A DNA stretch of 64,000 nt from positions 32,001 through 96,000 of the IMG/VR virus record IMGVR_UViG_3300027759_003534. One strand, written 5' to 3'. Both the position numbers and the translations under genes were made by a program. Positions 9,225 to 18,794 of the stretch are shown in pieces. Under the pieces are notes generated by a model. That model was not told the origin of the DNA. It did no database searches and worked only from the letters and a program-made list of their open reading frames with translations. The DNA comes from a virus. Numbering within the stretch: position 1 is the stretch's first letter; every line of letters begins with the position of its first letter.

Positions 9225-9817
9225 ACAATTTCCACGATGGGCGCTGGTGCGTCTTCAACACACACATTAAAGTGAATAAACTGGAAAGGGTCATCCAACT
9301 CGTGTCTAGTAAATCCGTGCGGTAACCAACTGTTAAACAACATAAAGTCACCAGCCTTGACATCCAACATAATCTGTTCAGACGCAAAAGTAACTGTTTC
9401 TGGGTTGGCCTGCCGCATTGAGATTTGCTTTTTACCGGGCCTTGGATCAAACACAACAGGCACGCTGCCATTCTCTGGCACGTTAACAAAATAAAACCCA
9501 GTAATCTGCATACCATCGCCATGGATATGTTCTATGTGTTGCCCGTAACGCAAGAACTCTTGGCCCCATAACTCGGCCACTCTAGTCTGTTTGTTAGTCA
9601 TGTTGTAGCCTTGATCTAACATCATATCAAAACTAACCGTTGCAATCGTAGTAAATAAATCATCAAGCCTATCGTCAAGCATTGACTCGCTTTGACAAAC
9701 ATTCCATTGGTTTGGTTTTACTTGAGCAATATATTCAGACAGCACCTTCTTGGCAACTTCTAAATGTTCTGGTTTAGAAAACCGCAAAACGGACGACGGA
9801 AAAAATAGATCAACCAC
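9221..9817 (-). CDS. 2OG-Fe(II) oxygenase (TIGR02466-like)
   Basis: HIEHIH, ITGFYFV, VFDPRP, FMLFNSWLPHGF, FIHFN. Confidence 0.8.
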   Translation of the reverse strand: MVDLFFPSSVLRFSKPEHLEVAKKVLSEYIAQVKPNQWNVCQSESMLDDRLDDLFTTIATVSFDMMLDQGYNMTNKQTRVAELWGQEFLRYGQHIEHIHGDGMQITGFYFVNVPENGSVPVVFDPRPGKKQISMRQANPETVTFASEQIMLDVKAGDFMLFNSWLPHGFTRHELDDPFQFIHFNVCVEDAPAPIVEIV

Positions 9818-10409
9818 TGATAAGCACCCTGTTGTTAGTTAGCAAACCCATTTTGTCTTTATTTGTACTAATTTTATGTATGACATCGGTGATAAACGGA
9901 ACAATATTAGATTCAAAGTCGGGGTGATTTCGCATGGCATTAAGTTGGTCTTCAGGTATTGTACCATTAGATAACAAAAAATTCTCCGTGCGCCGTTGAA
10001 ATTCTAGTAACCATTCTTCTCTTTGTGCAGCCTGTGACGCTTCTAAAAGCGGCAGGTGTGCGTACTTTCTTTGCGGCTCTAGCTCTGTCATAATAGATGA
10101 AATAGTGGCAAGCTCTTGTTCAGCGCCAAGAATAGCCATTTCTAATAACCCCTCGCCGCTTTGCCACTCAATCAAATCTGCCTGTGCGTTAAGTTGTTTG
10201 ATTTGGTCGGTAGATTCCAAATCTTGCTCAATCTCCATGAGTTTGACTTTGCGTCTTAACAGTTTAGCCTTGGTACTTTCTAACTTTATCTGTATGTCTA
10301 GTTTTTGTTCGTACATTATGCACCAAGCAACATCCGCCGTGTGGCAGTTGTTTGCTACAAAGTAGCGCAGTTGAAAGTCTGAGTTGTTACGATGAGGAGA
10401 TGAGTGCAT
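9810..10409 (-). CDS. Coiled-coil hypothetical protein associated with the repeat protein
   Basis: 199-aa helical ORF directly downstream of the propeller-repeat gene. Confidence 0.7.
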   Translation of the reverse strand: MHSSPHRNNSDFQLRYFVANNCHTADVAWCIMYEQKLDIQIKLESTKAKLLRRKVKLMEIEQDLESTDQIKQLNAQADLIEWQSGEGLLEMAILGAEQELATISSIMTELEPQRKYAHLPLLEASQAAQREEWLLEFQRRTENFLLSNGTIPEDQLNAMRNHPDFESNIVPFITDVIHKISTNKDKMGLLTNNRVLISG

Positions 10410-10413
10410 AGTA

Positions 10414-11367
10414 TTATGGTGTGTTTACGCAAGTTGCCCAGGATGTTGCGGCACCGTTTCTTGAACCTGCAGATGACACCGCTACCCCGGAGGCTGTTGA
10501 TGTGTCACATGCGTATGTGTATTTATTTCGGGTGGTAGTAGCAGCACCACAAACAGATCCTATTGCAAAAATTCCTCTTGTGCTATTGCCTGCAGCAGCA
10601 CTATAGAAAGACGCAATGCTTGCAACAGCTACGCCGCAAGCGGTAGAAGTACATGTAGCATAGGTATATTTATTGCGAACATTGGAAGGAACATTGAAAT
10701 AAGGCGTTGCGTTATATCCTATAGCAAATATTCCTCTAGTAGAGTTGCCAGCGGCAGAACCCTGACGACCATAGGCACTTGCTGTACCCACACCACAGGC
10801 GGTTGATGTGTCGCTAGCATACGTATATTTATCACGGACACCGAGCGCATATAGCGAAAATATTCCCCTAGTACTATTTCCTGCGGCAGAACCTTCATAT
10901 GGGCTGGCACTGGATGATGCTACGCCAGAAGCAGTTGAGGTGCAACAGGCATAAGTATATTTATTACGGACATTATTAGTACCTATTGTAAAAATTCCTC
11001 TTGTACTATTGCCTGTAGCACTACTACCGTAGTTGTCAGTACTAGATGATGCTACTCCACAAGCAGTGGAAGAACACGTAGCGTAAGTGTATTTATTTCT
11101 GATTGGTGTGGTGGTAATCCCGTTACATCCCAATTGAAAAATACCTCTTGTAGAGTTACCTGCGCCAGCACCAGAGGTAGTACCTGAACTAACTGAGCCA
11201 ACACCGGAAGCGGTTGATGCGCATGTAGCATAGGTATATTTATTACGGGTGCTTGAGGCGTTCCCCAATTGAAAAATACCTACAGTGCCATCGTTACCGC
11301 CGCTTGCAGCAGCAAAAAGTCCATAACCTTGAGCTGATCCGGCGCCTCTTGTGCTTATTAATGGCAT
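10414..11367 (-). CDS. Six-repeat (~45-50 aa) Cys-containing beta-propeller-like fibre/adhesin
   Basis: Six RNKYTYA...AAGNSTRGIF units. Confidence 0.7.
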   Translation of the reverse strand: MPLISTRGAGSAQGYGLFAAASGGNDGTVGIFQLGNASSTRNKYTYATCASTASGVGSVSSGTTSGAGAGNSTRGIFQLGCNGITTTPIRNKYTYATCSSTACGVASSSTDNYGSSATGNSTRGIFTIGTNNVRNKYTYACCTSTASGVASSSASPYEGSAAGNSTRGIFSLYALGVRDKYTYASDTSTACGVGTASAYGRQGSAAGNSTRGIFAIGYNATPYFNVPSNVRNKYTYATCTSTACGVAVASIASFYSAAAGNSTRGIFAIGSVCGAATTTRNKYTYACDTSTASGVAVSSAGSRNGAATSWATCVNTP

Positions 11368-11376
11368 CGCTATTCC

Positions 11377-11937
11377 TTAAGCAAATTTAGTTTGTGACGC
11401 TAACACAGTAAAGGCGGCGTTGCCTGTTTTGATAATAGTGTAAGCATACACGTCAATACTGGACGAATTTCCGGCTGTTGGTGCTGTGCCACCCTGCCAT
11501 TTTGGTGTTACTGCGTTGCCGTCTATTTGAACAGCAGAGTTGTAATAAGCTGTAGCGCCTTGCGTTATCAAGAACGCTACAGTCAAAGATTCGCCTGTGG
11601 CCATTAAAGTATTTAGAGATGTCCCGCTGGATCCACGGAAGTTTACTGTCCAGTTTGCACTTGCATTAGATGTGTAGTACAGCACGGCTTGGGTAGTTAC
11701 ATCATAGTTAATTGTTCCTGTTGCAGCAGTTGCAGATACAGTGACCCCTTCCAGCACGTCAAATATCTTGGCACCTGCCACGCTAGACGATCCTGTGAAA
11801 GTCTGTAGGGCAGTAAAGTTGGTTGCTGTTGAGGAACTTACAATCCCAGTCAACGCCGAGCCGTTTCCAACAAAAAAATTGCCAGTGACATTGCCAGTGG
11901 CTGATATACCAGTTGTACCGTCGAGAGTTAATGCCAT
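11377..11937 (-). CDS. Fibre-associated structural protein
   Basis: SATGNVTG repeat plus a GTINYDVTTQAVLYYTSNASANWTVNFRG domain. Confidence 0.6.
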   Translation of the reverse strand: MALTLDGTTGISATGNVTGNFFVGNGSALTGIVSSSTATNFTALQTFTGSSSVAGAKIFDVLEGVTVSATAATGTINYDVTTQAVLYYTSNASANWTVNFRGSSGTSLNTLMATGESLTVAFLITQGATAYYNSAVQIDGNAVTPKWQGGTAPTAGNSSSIDVYAYTIIKTGNAAFTVLASQTKFA

Positions 11938-11965
11938 TTTTTGATCCTTGTCATATTTTATGTGT

Positions 11966-12502
11966 TCACGTTATATTTAGCGTACTATCATTAGCAACTG
12001 AAATACTAGTGGCGTTTGCCAAAGTTACAGGGCCTACCAACAGACTATTGGTGCCAGATTCTATTTGTACATTGCTGCTGATTGTTTTTGAGTTTACAAA
12101 AGCTCCAGTTACTACCTGGGTACCACTGGCTGCCAATGTGGCTGATCCCAGCTGTATGGTGTTGCCGCTGAGATACAAATCACGCCAACGCATGTTTGCA
12201 GTGCCCAAATCATAGGTAACATTAGCAGCCGGCAGGATGTTTGCAGTAAATGTGACATTTGCGCCCACTGTCCCAATGATGTTGGCAGTCAATATATTGC
12301 CGCCTGTGATGTTGCCTGCGGCACTTATCAAACCACTGTTCAACAAGTTTCCACCTGTGATATTACCGCTAACGCTGATGCTCACAAAAGAGTTGCTGAC
12401 CGATGTACTCACTGTCCAAGCCGTCAGCGAAGTACTGTAGGTATAAGTTATGCCATTTACATTGGCTTGTTGACCGTTGATTGGTGATTGTGGAAATGCC
12501 AT
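11966..12502 (-). CDS. Fibre-associated protein with MAFPxSPxNG N-terminus
   Basis: GNITGG repeats like those of the large fibres. Confidence 0.65.
   Translation of the reverse strand: MAFPQSPINGQQANVNGITYTYSTSLTAWTVSTSVSNSFVSISVSGNITGGNLLNSGLISAAGNITGGNILTANIIGTVGANVTFTANILPAANVTYDLGTANMRWRDLYLSGNTIQLGSATLAASGTQVVTGAFVNSKTISSNVQIESGTNSLLVGPVTLANATSISVANDSTLNIT
11974..11979 (-). promoter_or_regulatory. Late promoter
   Basis: GCTAAATA 36 nt upstream of ATG 11937. Confidence 0.55.
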
Positions 12503-12520
12503 GTTATAATCTTCCTATTT

Positions 12521-12661
12521 TTATACAGACCCGCCAGCACCAGTCATATTTGAGCTGCCGCAGGCAACTGCAAGATAACTTGCTGTTATAGTCGCAGGCG
12601 GTGAGTCAAATAATATTCGAATGCCACCTGAAATTGTTATTCCTGATAATTGCAATGCCAT
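12521..12661 (-). pseudogene. 46-aa vestige of a glycine-rich fibre-tip gene (not in the ORF track)
   Basis: MALQLSGITISGGIRILFDSPPATITASYLAVACGSSNMTGAGGSV*. Start overlaps the upstream stop (TAATG). 24/25 nt identity with 17563-17587. Confidence 0.6.
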
Positions 12662-15600
12662 TATAGTCTTCCCACAGCTACTTCAATAATTCCTATTGTG
12701 TCTGAATCGTATGCTTCAAGAGCTTTGCCAATAATACAACCAGGTTCATATTTGGTCATATCTAACCGTGTGGCCACACCCGGGGTTGAGCTGGCTACCA
12801 GTCGATCGCCTTTGGCAATAGTGCCCACTACACAGCATGGAACTCGACCAACTAGGGCCACTTCTACAGCATCGATACAAGCAAGCGTACTGTTCATTAG
12901 ATAGCTAGGATTGGTACTAACAATGCCGGCTATCCTAGTACTGTGTGAAGTTGTTGTTGCTGTGACTTCTTCGTTACCGCCAAAATCAAGCACAGTTCCA
13001 GGCGTATAGATTGAATCAGCACAGTACATTTCTGCCAAGTCAGCGTATTGTGCTGATGTTGCTTTGGCAAATACTGTATCAAAGTATGTGGTTGAGCTAC
13101 CAATATTACCTACACCGTTGGCACTTGAGTTAGTGATGTTGCCAACTATTAATGTATTGGCCGAAATAATGTTGCCACCAGTTATATTGCCTGTGGCACT
13201 TATATTGCCTGTGGTAACTGTTCCTGTGCTACTGATAGTTAATATATTGGCTGTGCCGGCAATACCAACAGTTACATTACTGCTGGCCGCAACAACCACG
13301 TTACTTGTTCCGTTGGTTATTGACGAACCACCACCGCCGCCACTGAAGGCAACACCATTGGCATAGTAATAGCCGTTGGTTAAAATGTTGCCGGTATAGA
13401 TATTTCCTGTGCCTGAAATTATTCCACTAGATCCACTTGTAAGTAAATTACCAGTAGTTATATTACCACTGTACACATTGCCATTAAAACTGGTTGCATT
13501 TACGTTTCCGGTGACACTGACACTCGATCCGGTGATTACACCACCCACTGTACTTGCGGCTGTTTGTGTACCAGTGACACTGACACTGCTACCTGTTATG
13601 ACACCACCCACTGTTGAGGCGGCAGTTTGTGTGCCAGTTACACTTACCGTGGTACCTGTGTGATTGATGGCACTAATATTACCACCAGTGATATTACCAG
13701 TAACACTTAACAATCCAGAAATATATTCACCAGTGGTAGCAAACACAGCCACATTGCTGGTGCCACCAACTCCTATTGTGACATTACCACCTGAACTGAC
13801 CACGGTTACATTACTTGTACCATTGTTGATATTGGCCACACTGGTAATAACTCCAGTGAGCGATGCACCATTTCCTAAAATATAGGCACCAGTTATATTG
13901 CCAGTGGCACTGACAATACCACTTGTTAATAAATTACCAGCGGCAATATTACCAGTACCAGATAGGGCTCCACCTGATCCACCTGTAACTATGTTGCCTC
14001 CAGTGATTGTTCCTGTAGCACTGACAACGCCACCTGTTAATATGTTACCACTGGTAATGTTACCCGATGTAATTGTGCCGGTGGTACTGATTGTGTTTGA
14101 TCCAAACGCAGCCAGTAATGTTGCCACATTGGCATTGCCATAGCTGGCCGGAATACCAGTCATAAATGCCGCATTACCAAGCACATAGTTGCCGGTGATA
14201 TTACCAGTGGCACTGACAACACCACCTGTTAATAAATTACCAGCAACAATATTACCAGTACCAGATAGGGATCCGCCCGAGCCGTTTACAACTAAATTGT
14301 TACCAATGATATTACCAGTGGCACTGACTGATCCACTGGTCACAAGATTGGCACCAGTGATGTTGCCCGTAGCACTTAATATTCCTTGTGATGACAGCCC
14401 ATTGGTTGCCACCCAAATATTAGATGTGCTGTTGTAGGTTAAACTAATGTATTCACTACCAGCTGGTCCAACTCCAATACCGCCTCCGTTGGCGGCGGCG
14501 GCAGTGGCCGCATTGTTGGCCATGTTGATGGTTAGGTCGTTTGTGGTGACATTGTTACTGTTGATATAAGTCACATTACCAGTAACGCTCAAGTTACCAG
14601 TGATGATTACGTTGCCGTCAGTTCCGCCAGATCCGTTTGGATCAATGGTCAATGTTGGGCCTGTGCTGACAATATTTGCACCAGTAATTGTAATGTTACC
14701 ATTGGTTAATGTGGTAGATGCTACAATATTACTACCGTTTACATTGCCAGTTACACTAGCACTTGATCCGGTGATTACACCACCAACAACACTAGCGGCT
14801 GTGGTAGTACCTGTAACACTTGTACTAGTTCCTGTGATTACTCCGCCTACTACTGACGCAGCAGTGACAGCTCCGGTTACAGATACAACTGCACCTAAAT
14901 GACTTGTACCAGTAATGTTACCGCTGGCACTTACAATACCACCTGTTAATAAATTAACACCTGTCACATTACCAGAAGTGATTGAACCTGTAGTACTAAT
15001 TGTGTTTGAACCAAATGCAGATAATAATGATGTTACATTTGAATTGCTGTATGAACTACTAGCAATGCCAGTCAATTGACTGCCATTACCAAAGATATAG
15101 TTACCTGTAATGTTTCCAGTGGTGCTGATCACTCCGGTAGCTGTGGCAGTAACAACATTTAATCCGTTGACTGTAAGCTGAGTGGCGTTGCCTGATAAAG
15201 TCAGGTTTCCAAGATAGATGGTACTGTTAGATAACCAAAGGTCTTTCCAACGATTTGTAGTGTTTCCTAAACTGTAAGTAATGTTTGCACTTGGAACGAT
15301 ATTTCCAGCCCACCCAGCTTCACCATATGATATCACATTTGAGTTACCATAGGTTGCAGGTAATCCAGTTAATTGACTTCCGTTTCCAAAAATATAATTA
15401 CCAGTGACATTACCAGTGGCACTGACCAACCCATTTGTAAGAACATTGCCGCTTTGGATATTACCAGTGACTGATAAGTTGTAAAAACTTGTGGGAGGAC
15501 TTTGATCAACCCACTGGTTGCCAATGCCATCATTTACGTATAGATAATATTTAGAGGCATAAGAATCGTACCAGGCGTCGCCTGGCACTGCATTAGAAGG

Positions 15601-16596
15601 AGCCGTGTTTGCCTGGGTGGTCCATTTATAAGCTCTTACTCCGCTAGATATTACATTACCACCTGTGATGTTGCCCGTGGCACTGACTCTACCTGTGACA
15701 TCTAATCCACTGGTGTTGAACACTGCCACGTTGCTGGTTCCGTTAATACCTACAGTGACATTGCCGTTGGAGCTGACCACTGTGACATTACTGGTGCCAT
15801 TATTGATGTTGGATGAAGTGGTGCTTACACCTGTTAGCAAGGCGCCATTACCTAATACATAATTTCCAGTAATGTTGCCAACAGCACTGACCAAACCATT
15901 TGTAAGAACATTGCCGCCGGTGATATTGCCTGCTGTGATAGTGCCAGTAGAGCTGATAGTGTTGCTACCGTATGCAGCCAAGAATGTGGCCACGTTGGTA
16001 TTGCCATAACTTGCCGCTATGCCAGTTAGTTGACTTCCGTTTCCAAAGATATAGTTACCTGTAATGTTTCCAGTGGTGCTGATTACTCCACTTACAAACG
16101 CACCAGTGTTGCTGATAGTTAACACATTGGCCGTGCCGGCACTGCTTATTGTAACATTGGCATTTGAATTTACCACAACATTTGATGTGCCAGCTGATAT
16201 TGAGTTGGCCATGTAGTTTTGAGTAAACGTCAGGGCTGTGGTATTGATTATGATAGGATCGTCAGTGATCAGTTTCCACTGTGTGTCAGCGTAAATCACG
16301 CCCTCAGTAACCATAACGATCATGCCGGCTTCAATTTCACCGTTTTCGTTGCCGTCGCTGGTTCTAGCCCAAGTTCCGTTTGCTCCTGATCCTAAGGTGG
16401 TTACATAGTAAAGTCCGTTTTGGGTGCCTGTAGTTTGGCCTGTGACCAACACACGATCACCTAGACTTAGCGAAACTCCGTCAACCAAACTGGGTGCTCC
16501 GCCACTCAAGGTGATGTTAGTGGCAGTAACTACTCGCGTGGATTGTTTGTAATCTAAGTTGAATATCTGCGCGGCACGCGGTTTAGTTAAGCCCAT
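12661..16596 (-). CDS. Large tail-fibre-like protein (1311 aa) with S/T/N/G repeats and a C-terminal chaperone-like domain
   Basis: About 20 GN(I/V)T repeats; C-terminal SAQYADLAEMY..PGTVLDFGG..GIVSTNP..VALVGRVP domain shared with 20969-25804. Confidence 0.8.
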   Translation of the reverse strand: MGLTKPRAAQIFNLDYKQSTRVVTATNITLSGGAPSLVDGVSLSLGDRVLVTGQTTGTQNGLYYVTTLGSGANGTWARTSDGNENGEIEAGMIVMVTEGVIYADTQWKLITDDPIIINTTALTFTQNYMANSISAGTSNVVVNSNANVTISSAGTANVLTISNTGAFVSGVISTTGNITGNYIFGNGSQLTGIAASYGNTNVATFLAAYGSNTISSTGTITAGNITGGNVLTNGLVSAVGNITGNYVLGNGALLTGVSTTSSNINNGTSNVTVVSSNGNVTVGINGTSNVAVFNTSGLDVTGRVSATGNITGGNVISSGVRAYKWTTQANTAPSNAVPGDAWYDSYASKYYLYVNDGIGNQWVDQSPPTSFYNLSVTGNIQSGNVLTNGLVSATGNVTGNYIFGNGSQLTGLPATYGNSNVISYGEAGWAGNIVPSANITYSLGNTTNRWKDLWLSNSTIYLGNLTLSGNATQLTVNGLNVVTATATGVISTTGNITGNYIFGNGSQLTGIASSSYSNSNVTSLLSAFGSNTISTTGSITSGNVTGVNLLTGGIVSASGNITGTSHLGAVVSVTGAVTAASVVGGVITGTSTSVTGTTTAASVVGGVITGSSASVTGNVNGSNIVASTTLTNGNITITGANIVSTGPTLTIDPNGSGGTDGNVIITGNLSVTGNVTYINSNNVTTNDLTINMANNAATAAAANGGGIGVGPAGSEYISLTYNSTSNIWVATNGLSSQGILSATGNITGANLVTSGSVSATGNIIGNNLVVNGSGGSLSGTGNIVAGNLLTGGVVSATGNITGNYVLGNAAFMTGIPASYGNANVATLLAAFGSNTISTTGTITSGNITSGNILTGGVVSATGTITGGNIVTGGSGGALSGTGNIAAGNLLTSGIVSATGNITGAYILGNGASLTGVITSVANINNGTSNVTVVSSGGNVTIGVGGTSNVAVFATTGEYISGLLSVTGNITGGNISAINHTGTTVSVTGTQTAASTVGGVITGSSVSVTGTQTAASTVGGVITGSSVSVTGNVNATSFNGNVYSGNITTGNLLTSGSSGIISGTGNIYTGNILTNGYYYANGVAFSGGGGGSSITNGTSNVVVAASSNVTVGIAGTANILTISSTGTVTTGNISATGNITGGNIISANTLIVGNITNSSANGVGNIGSSTTYFDTVFAKATSAQYADLAEMYCADSIYTPGTVLDFGGNEEVTATTTSHSTRIAGIVSTNPSYLMNSTLACIDAVEVALVGRVPCCVVGTIAKGDRLVASSTPGVATRLDMTKYEPGCIIGKALEAYDSDTIGIIEVAVGRL

Positions 16597-16617
16597 TGTA
16601 GTCCCAATAATATCTAA

Positions 16618-16623
16618 TATTTA
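16618..16623 (-). promoter_or_regulatory. Late promoter
   Basis: GGCTAAATA just downstream of a terminator, 21 nt before ATG 16596. Confidence 0.7.
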
Positions 16624-16626
16624 GCC

Positions 16627-16656
16627 AAAAAAAACAGGACCAGTGTCCTGTTTTTT
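16627..16656 (-). terminator. Intrinsic terminator (symmetric, possibly bidirectional)
   Basis: AAAAAACAGGAC-ACTG-GTCCTGTTTTTTTT. Confidence 0.85.
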
Positions 16657-16719
16657 GTACAAGGTATCTGTTAAGTAATGCTGTGTTAATTCCGTTGCCT
16701 GTATAGAATAGCTGTGGTA

Positions 16720-17061
16720 TTATTGTTCTGTTGCTGTCCAAGAAGTTGTTGCTTCATCCCACTGATACAGCTTGCCATCTGTAGGCGCAGGTACGGGCGC
16801 TTCCCATGACCAAGTGGATTGATTTAGCGTCCAGCTTGCGTATGGTTGTGCGGCATAAAACACATCATGAGTTTGATCGTATGTGTACCCAACTCCTGCA
16901 TAATTTCCACGCAGGGGTCTACCCTCTGGATGTTGATTTCCATGGGTGTTGTATGATGTTTGAATCCAACCTGTGCCAAACAGGCCAGAGTCAATGACCG
17001 CTTGTTCAGCCACGATCACTTGTGTTACTGTGTTGTTTTCAATTTTGGCAAAATGACTCAT
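16720..17061 (-). CDS. M(S/A)HFA-family small phage protein, copy 1
   Basis: MSHFAKI...WIQTSYNT...RGNYAGVGYTYD; paralog of 19147-19551. Confidence 0.8.
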   Translation of the reverse strand: MSHFAKIENNTVTQVIVAEQAVIDSGLFGTGWIQTSYNTHGNQHPEGRPLRGNYAGVGYTYDQTHDVFYAAQPYASWTLNQSTWSWEAPVPAPTDGKLYQWDEATTSWTATEQ

Positions 17062-17069
17062 ATTGTTCC

Positions 17070-17960
17070 TTAAAAAGTTATTGATCCGGAAGCAGTAAAA
17101 GTATAGATAGTGTTGCCACCGGATGTTGTGACTGTTGGTGTGCCTGTTGTAGATGTTGCTGGCGCAGAGGAAGAAATTATAACTACACCAGACCCACCTG
17201 AAGCACCTACACCGTTGGCAGGATCACCTACTGCGCCGCCACCGCCGCCACCGCCGGTATTTGCTGTACCGGCAAAAGAAGACCGGTATGACCCTCCTGC
17301 TCCCTGAGCACCTCGACCACCACCGCCAGCACCGCCAGCGCCGCCGCCACCGTAATACGCAGCGCCTCCTCCGCCGCCAGCGTAAGTTACAGATGTTCCA
17401 GTAATAGACGAAGCCGTTCCAGTACCACCAGCGCCACCCGCATAGCTCCCCGCTGCATTTGATGGGCCACCAACAGCTCCTGCACCGCCGCCACCTCCAG
17501 AACCAGCATTGCTAGTTGATGCTGCAGTACCGCCAGCAAATCCTTGATCTGCTGTTCCAGCACCGCCAGCACCAGTCATGTTTGAGCCACCGCCACCAGA
17601 CCCACCGCTACCGCCCGGTAAATCATAGGCATTAGCACCACGCCCACCGCCGACCGCTGTAACAGTTGTTATATCTGATCCGCTTAATACAGAGTTAGCT
17701 CCGTTGGTTGCATCTGAGGAGTATGCTGTACTTGTGCCGCCTGTGCCGCCACCACCGACTGTAACCGTATATGTTGTTCCAGAGGTTAAACTAGTTGTGC
17801 CTGTTAATAATCCCCCGGCACCACCACCACCGCCAATATAACCACCGGCGCCGGCGCCGCCAGCAACTACTAGGTATTGAGCCGTGACCAGAGGTGGCGA
17901 TAATGTTCCGCCGGTCCATCCTGCTCCTAAAGTCCATCCAGGTCCGATTATTAAGCCCAT
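17070..17960 (-). CDS. Glycine-rich fibre-tip protein, copy 1
   Basis: YLVVAGGAGAG...GGSGVVII...YTFTASGSITF; N-terminal IGPGWTLGAGW. Confidence 0.8.
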   Translation of the reverse strand: MGLIIGPGWTLGAGWTGGTLSPPLVTAQYLVVAGGAGAGGYIGGGGGAGGLLTGTTSLTSGTTYTVTVGGGGTGGTSTAYSSDATNGANSVLSGSDITTVTAVGGGRGANAYDLPGGSGGSGGGGSNMTGAGGAGTADQGFAGGTAASTSNAGSGGGGGAGAVGGPSNAAGSYAGGAGGTGTASSITGTSVTYAGGGGGAAYYGGGGAGGAGGGGRGAQGAGGSYRSSFAGTANTGGGGGGGAVGDPANGVGASGGSGVVIISSSAPATSTTGTPTVTTSGGNTIYTFTASGSITF

Positions 17961-17984
17961 GTGTATTAATTTATTAAGTTCTAA

Positions 17985-17990
17985 TATTTA
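17985..17990 (-). promoter_or_regulatory. Late promoter
   Basis: GGCTAAATA; the 17-nt context is identical to 16614-16630. Confidence 0.7.
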
Positions 17991-17998
17991 GCCAAAAT

Positions 17999-18022
17999 AA
18001 TAGGACTTCCTAGAGTCCTATT
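17999..18022 (-). terminator. Intrinsic terminator
   Basis: 9-bp stem AATAGGACT/AGTCCTATT followed by ATTTT. Confidence 0.7.
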
Positions 18023-18041
18023 TTGCAGTAAAAATTATAGT

Positions 18042-18776
18042 TTAATATCCAAATCTTGTCCGATAAACACTCCACTGCGCCTGTATCTGTGTTAGGGTCA
18101 GCACACTGTCCCATACTTTGACCAAGCCTACATCAGCAATGGGTACTTCTGTGCTGGTAGTAGGGCTAGCATATCTACCAAACAATCTCAAACCTTCAAA
18201 TCCACCGTTGGTAGTATCAGTACCAAAAGCGGTTGTTGGAACTGTTGAATTAGCAACATAGTTTTGCGAAACCGGTGATCCTGAATTGCCGTTATACGTT
18301 GCCCATATAAATTGCCACGCATTGTCAGCTGGAGTAGTGCCGCCTACAAAGTTACCGTTATAGAAAACGTCTTGAACACCGCCGCTATTACCCCATAGGC
18401 CTGCTAGCCAATCTGGGGCAGCACTGTTGGCGTTTAACAATCTACCCAGTGCTCCGGGTTGCGATCTATAGACCATCATCACTGTATAAGAATCTGATGT
18501 TGCTGAGTAGTTTGGACCAAATGTTAAGAAGTCTGTGTCAGTGTCTGAGATCTTGCGGAATATTCCACCGTTGGTGGCAGACCATGTCATGCTACCACCA
18601 GGATTAAGTGTTGTTATAGTATAGCCGCCTGTGCCTACTATTGTGGTTCCATTCACAGGCATGGCTGAGTAGTTGGCCGCATCAAGACTAAGAACTAGGA
18701 CGGGCTCTGGTGGTCCACCAATTTCCCAACCTGCTCCTATGGACCATCCTGGTCCTATGTTTACTTTTACTGACAT
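18042..18776 (-). CDS. Concanavalin A/LamG-like lectin domain protein
   Basis: VLSLDAANYS, YTVMMVYR, GRLL, WQFIWATY, VGLVKVWDSVLT; N-terminal IGPGWSIGAGW. Confidence 0.7.
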   Translation of the reverse strand: MSVKVNIGPGWSIGAGWEIGGPPEPVLVLSLDAANYSAMPVNGTTIVGTGGYTITTLNPGGSMTWSATNGGIFRKISDTDTDFLTFGPNYSATSDSYTVMMVYRSQPGALGRLLNANSAAPDWLAGLWGNSGGVQDVFYNGNFVGGTTPADNAWQFIWATYNGNSGSPVSQNYVANSTVPTTAFGTDTTNGGFEGLRLFGRYASPTTSTEVPIADVGLVKVWDSVLTLTQIQAQWSVYRTRFGY

Positions 18777-18794
18777 AGTTTATTCCTTAGTGTA

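Noticed and set aside
15089-16083. 41-nt exact direct repeat (15089-15129 and 16043-16083) inside the 1311-aa fibre
   Set aside because: An in-frame duplication of the ISTTGNITGNYIFG coding module, explained by the general fibre repeat structure rather than a mobile-element boundary.
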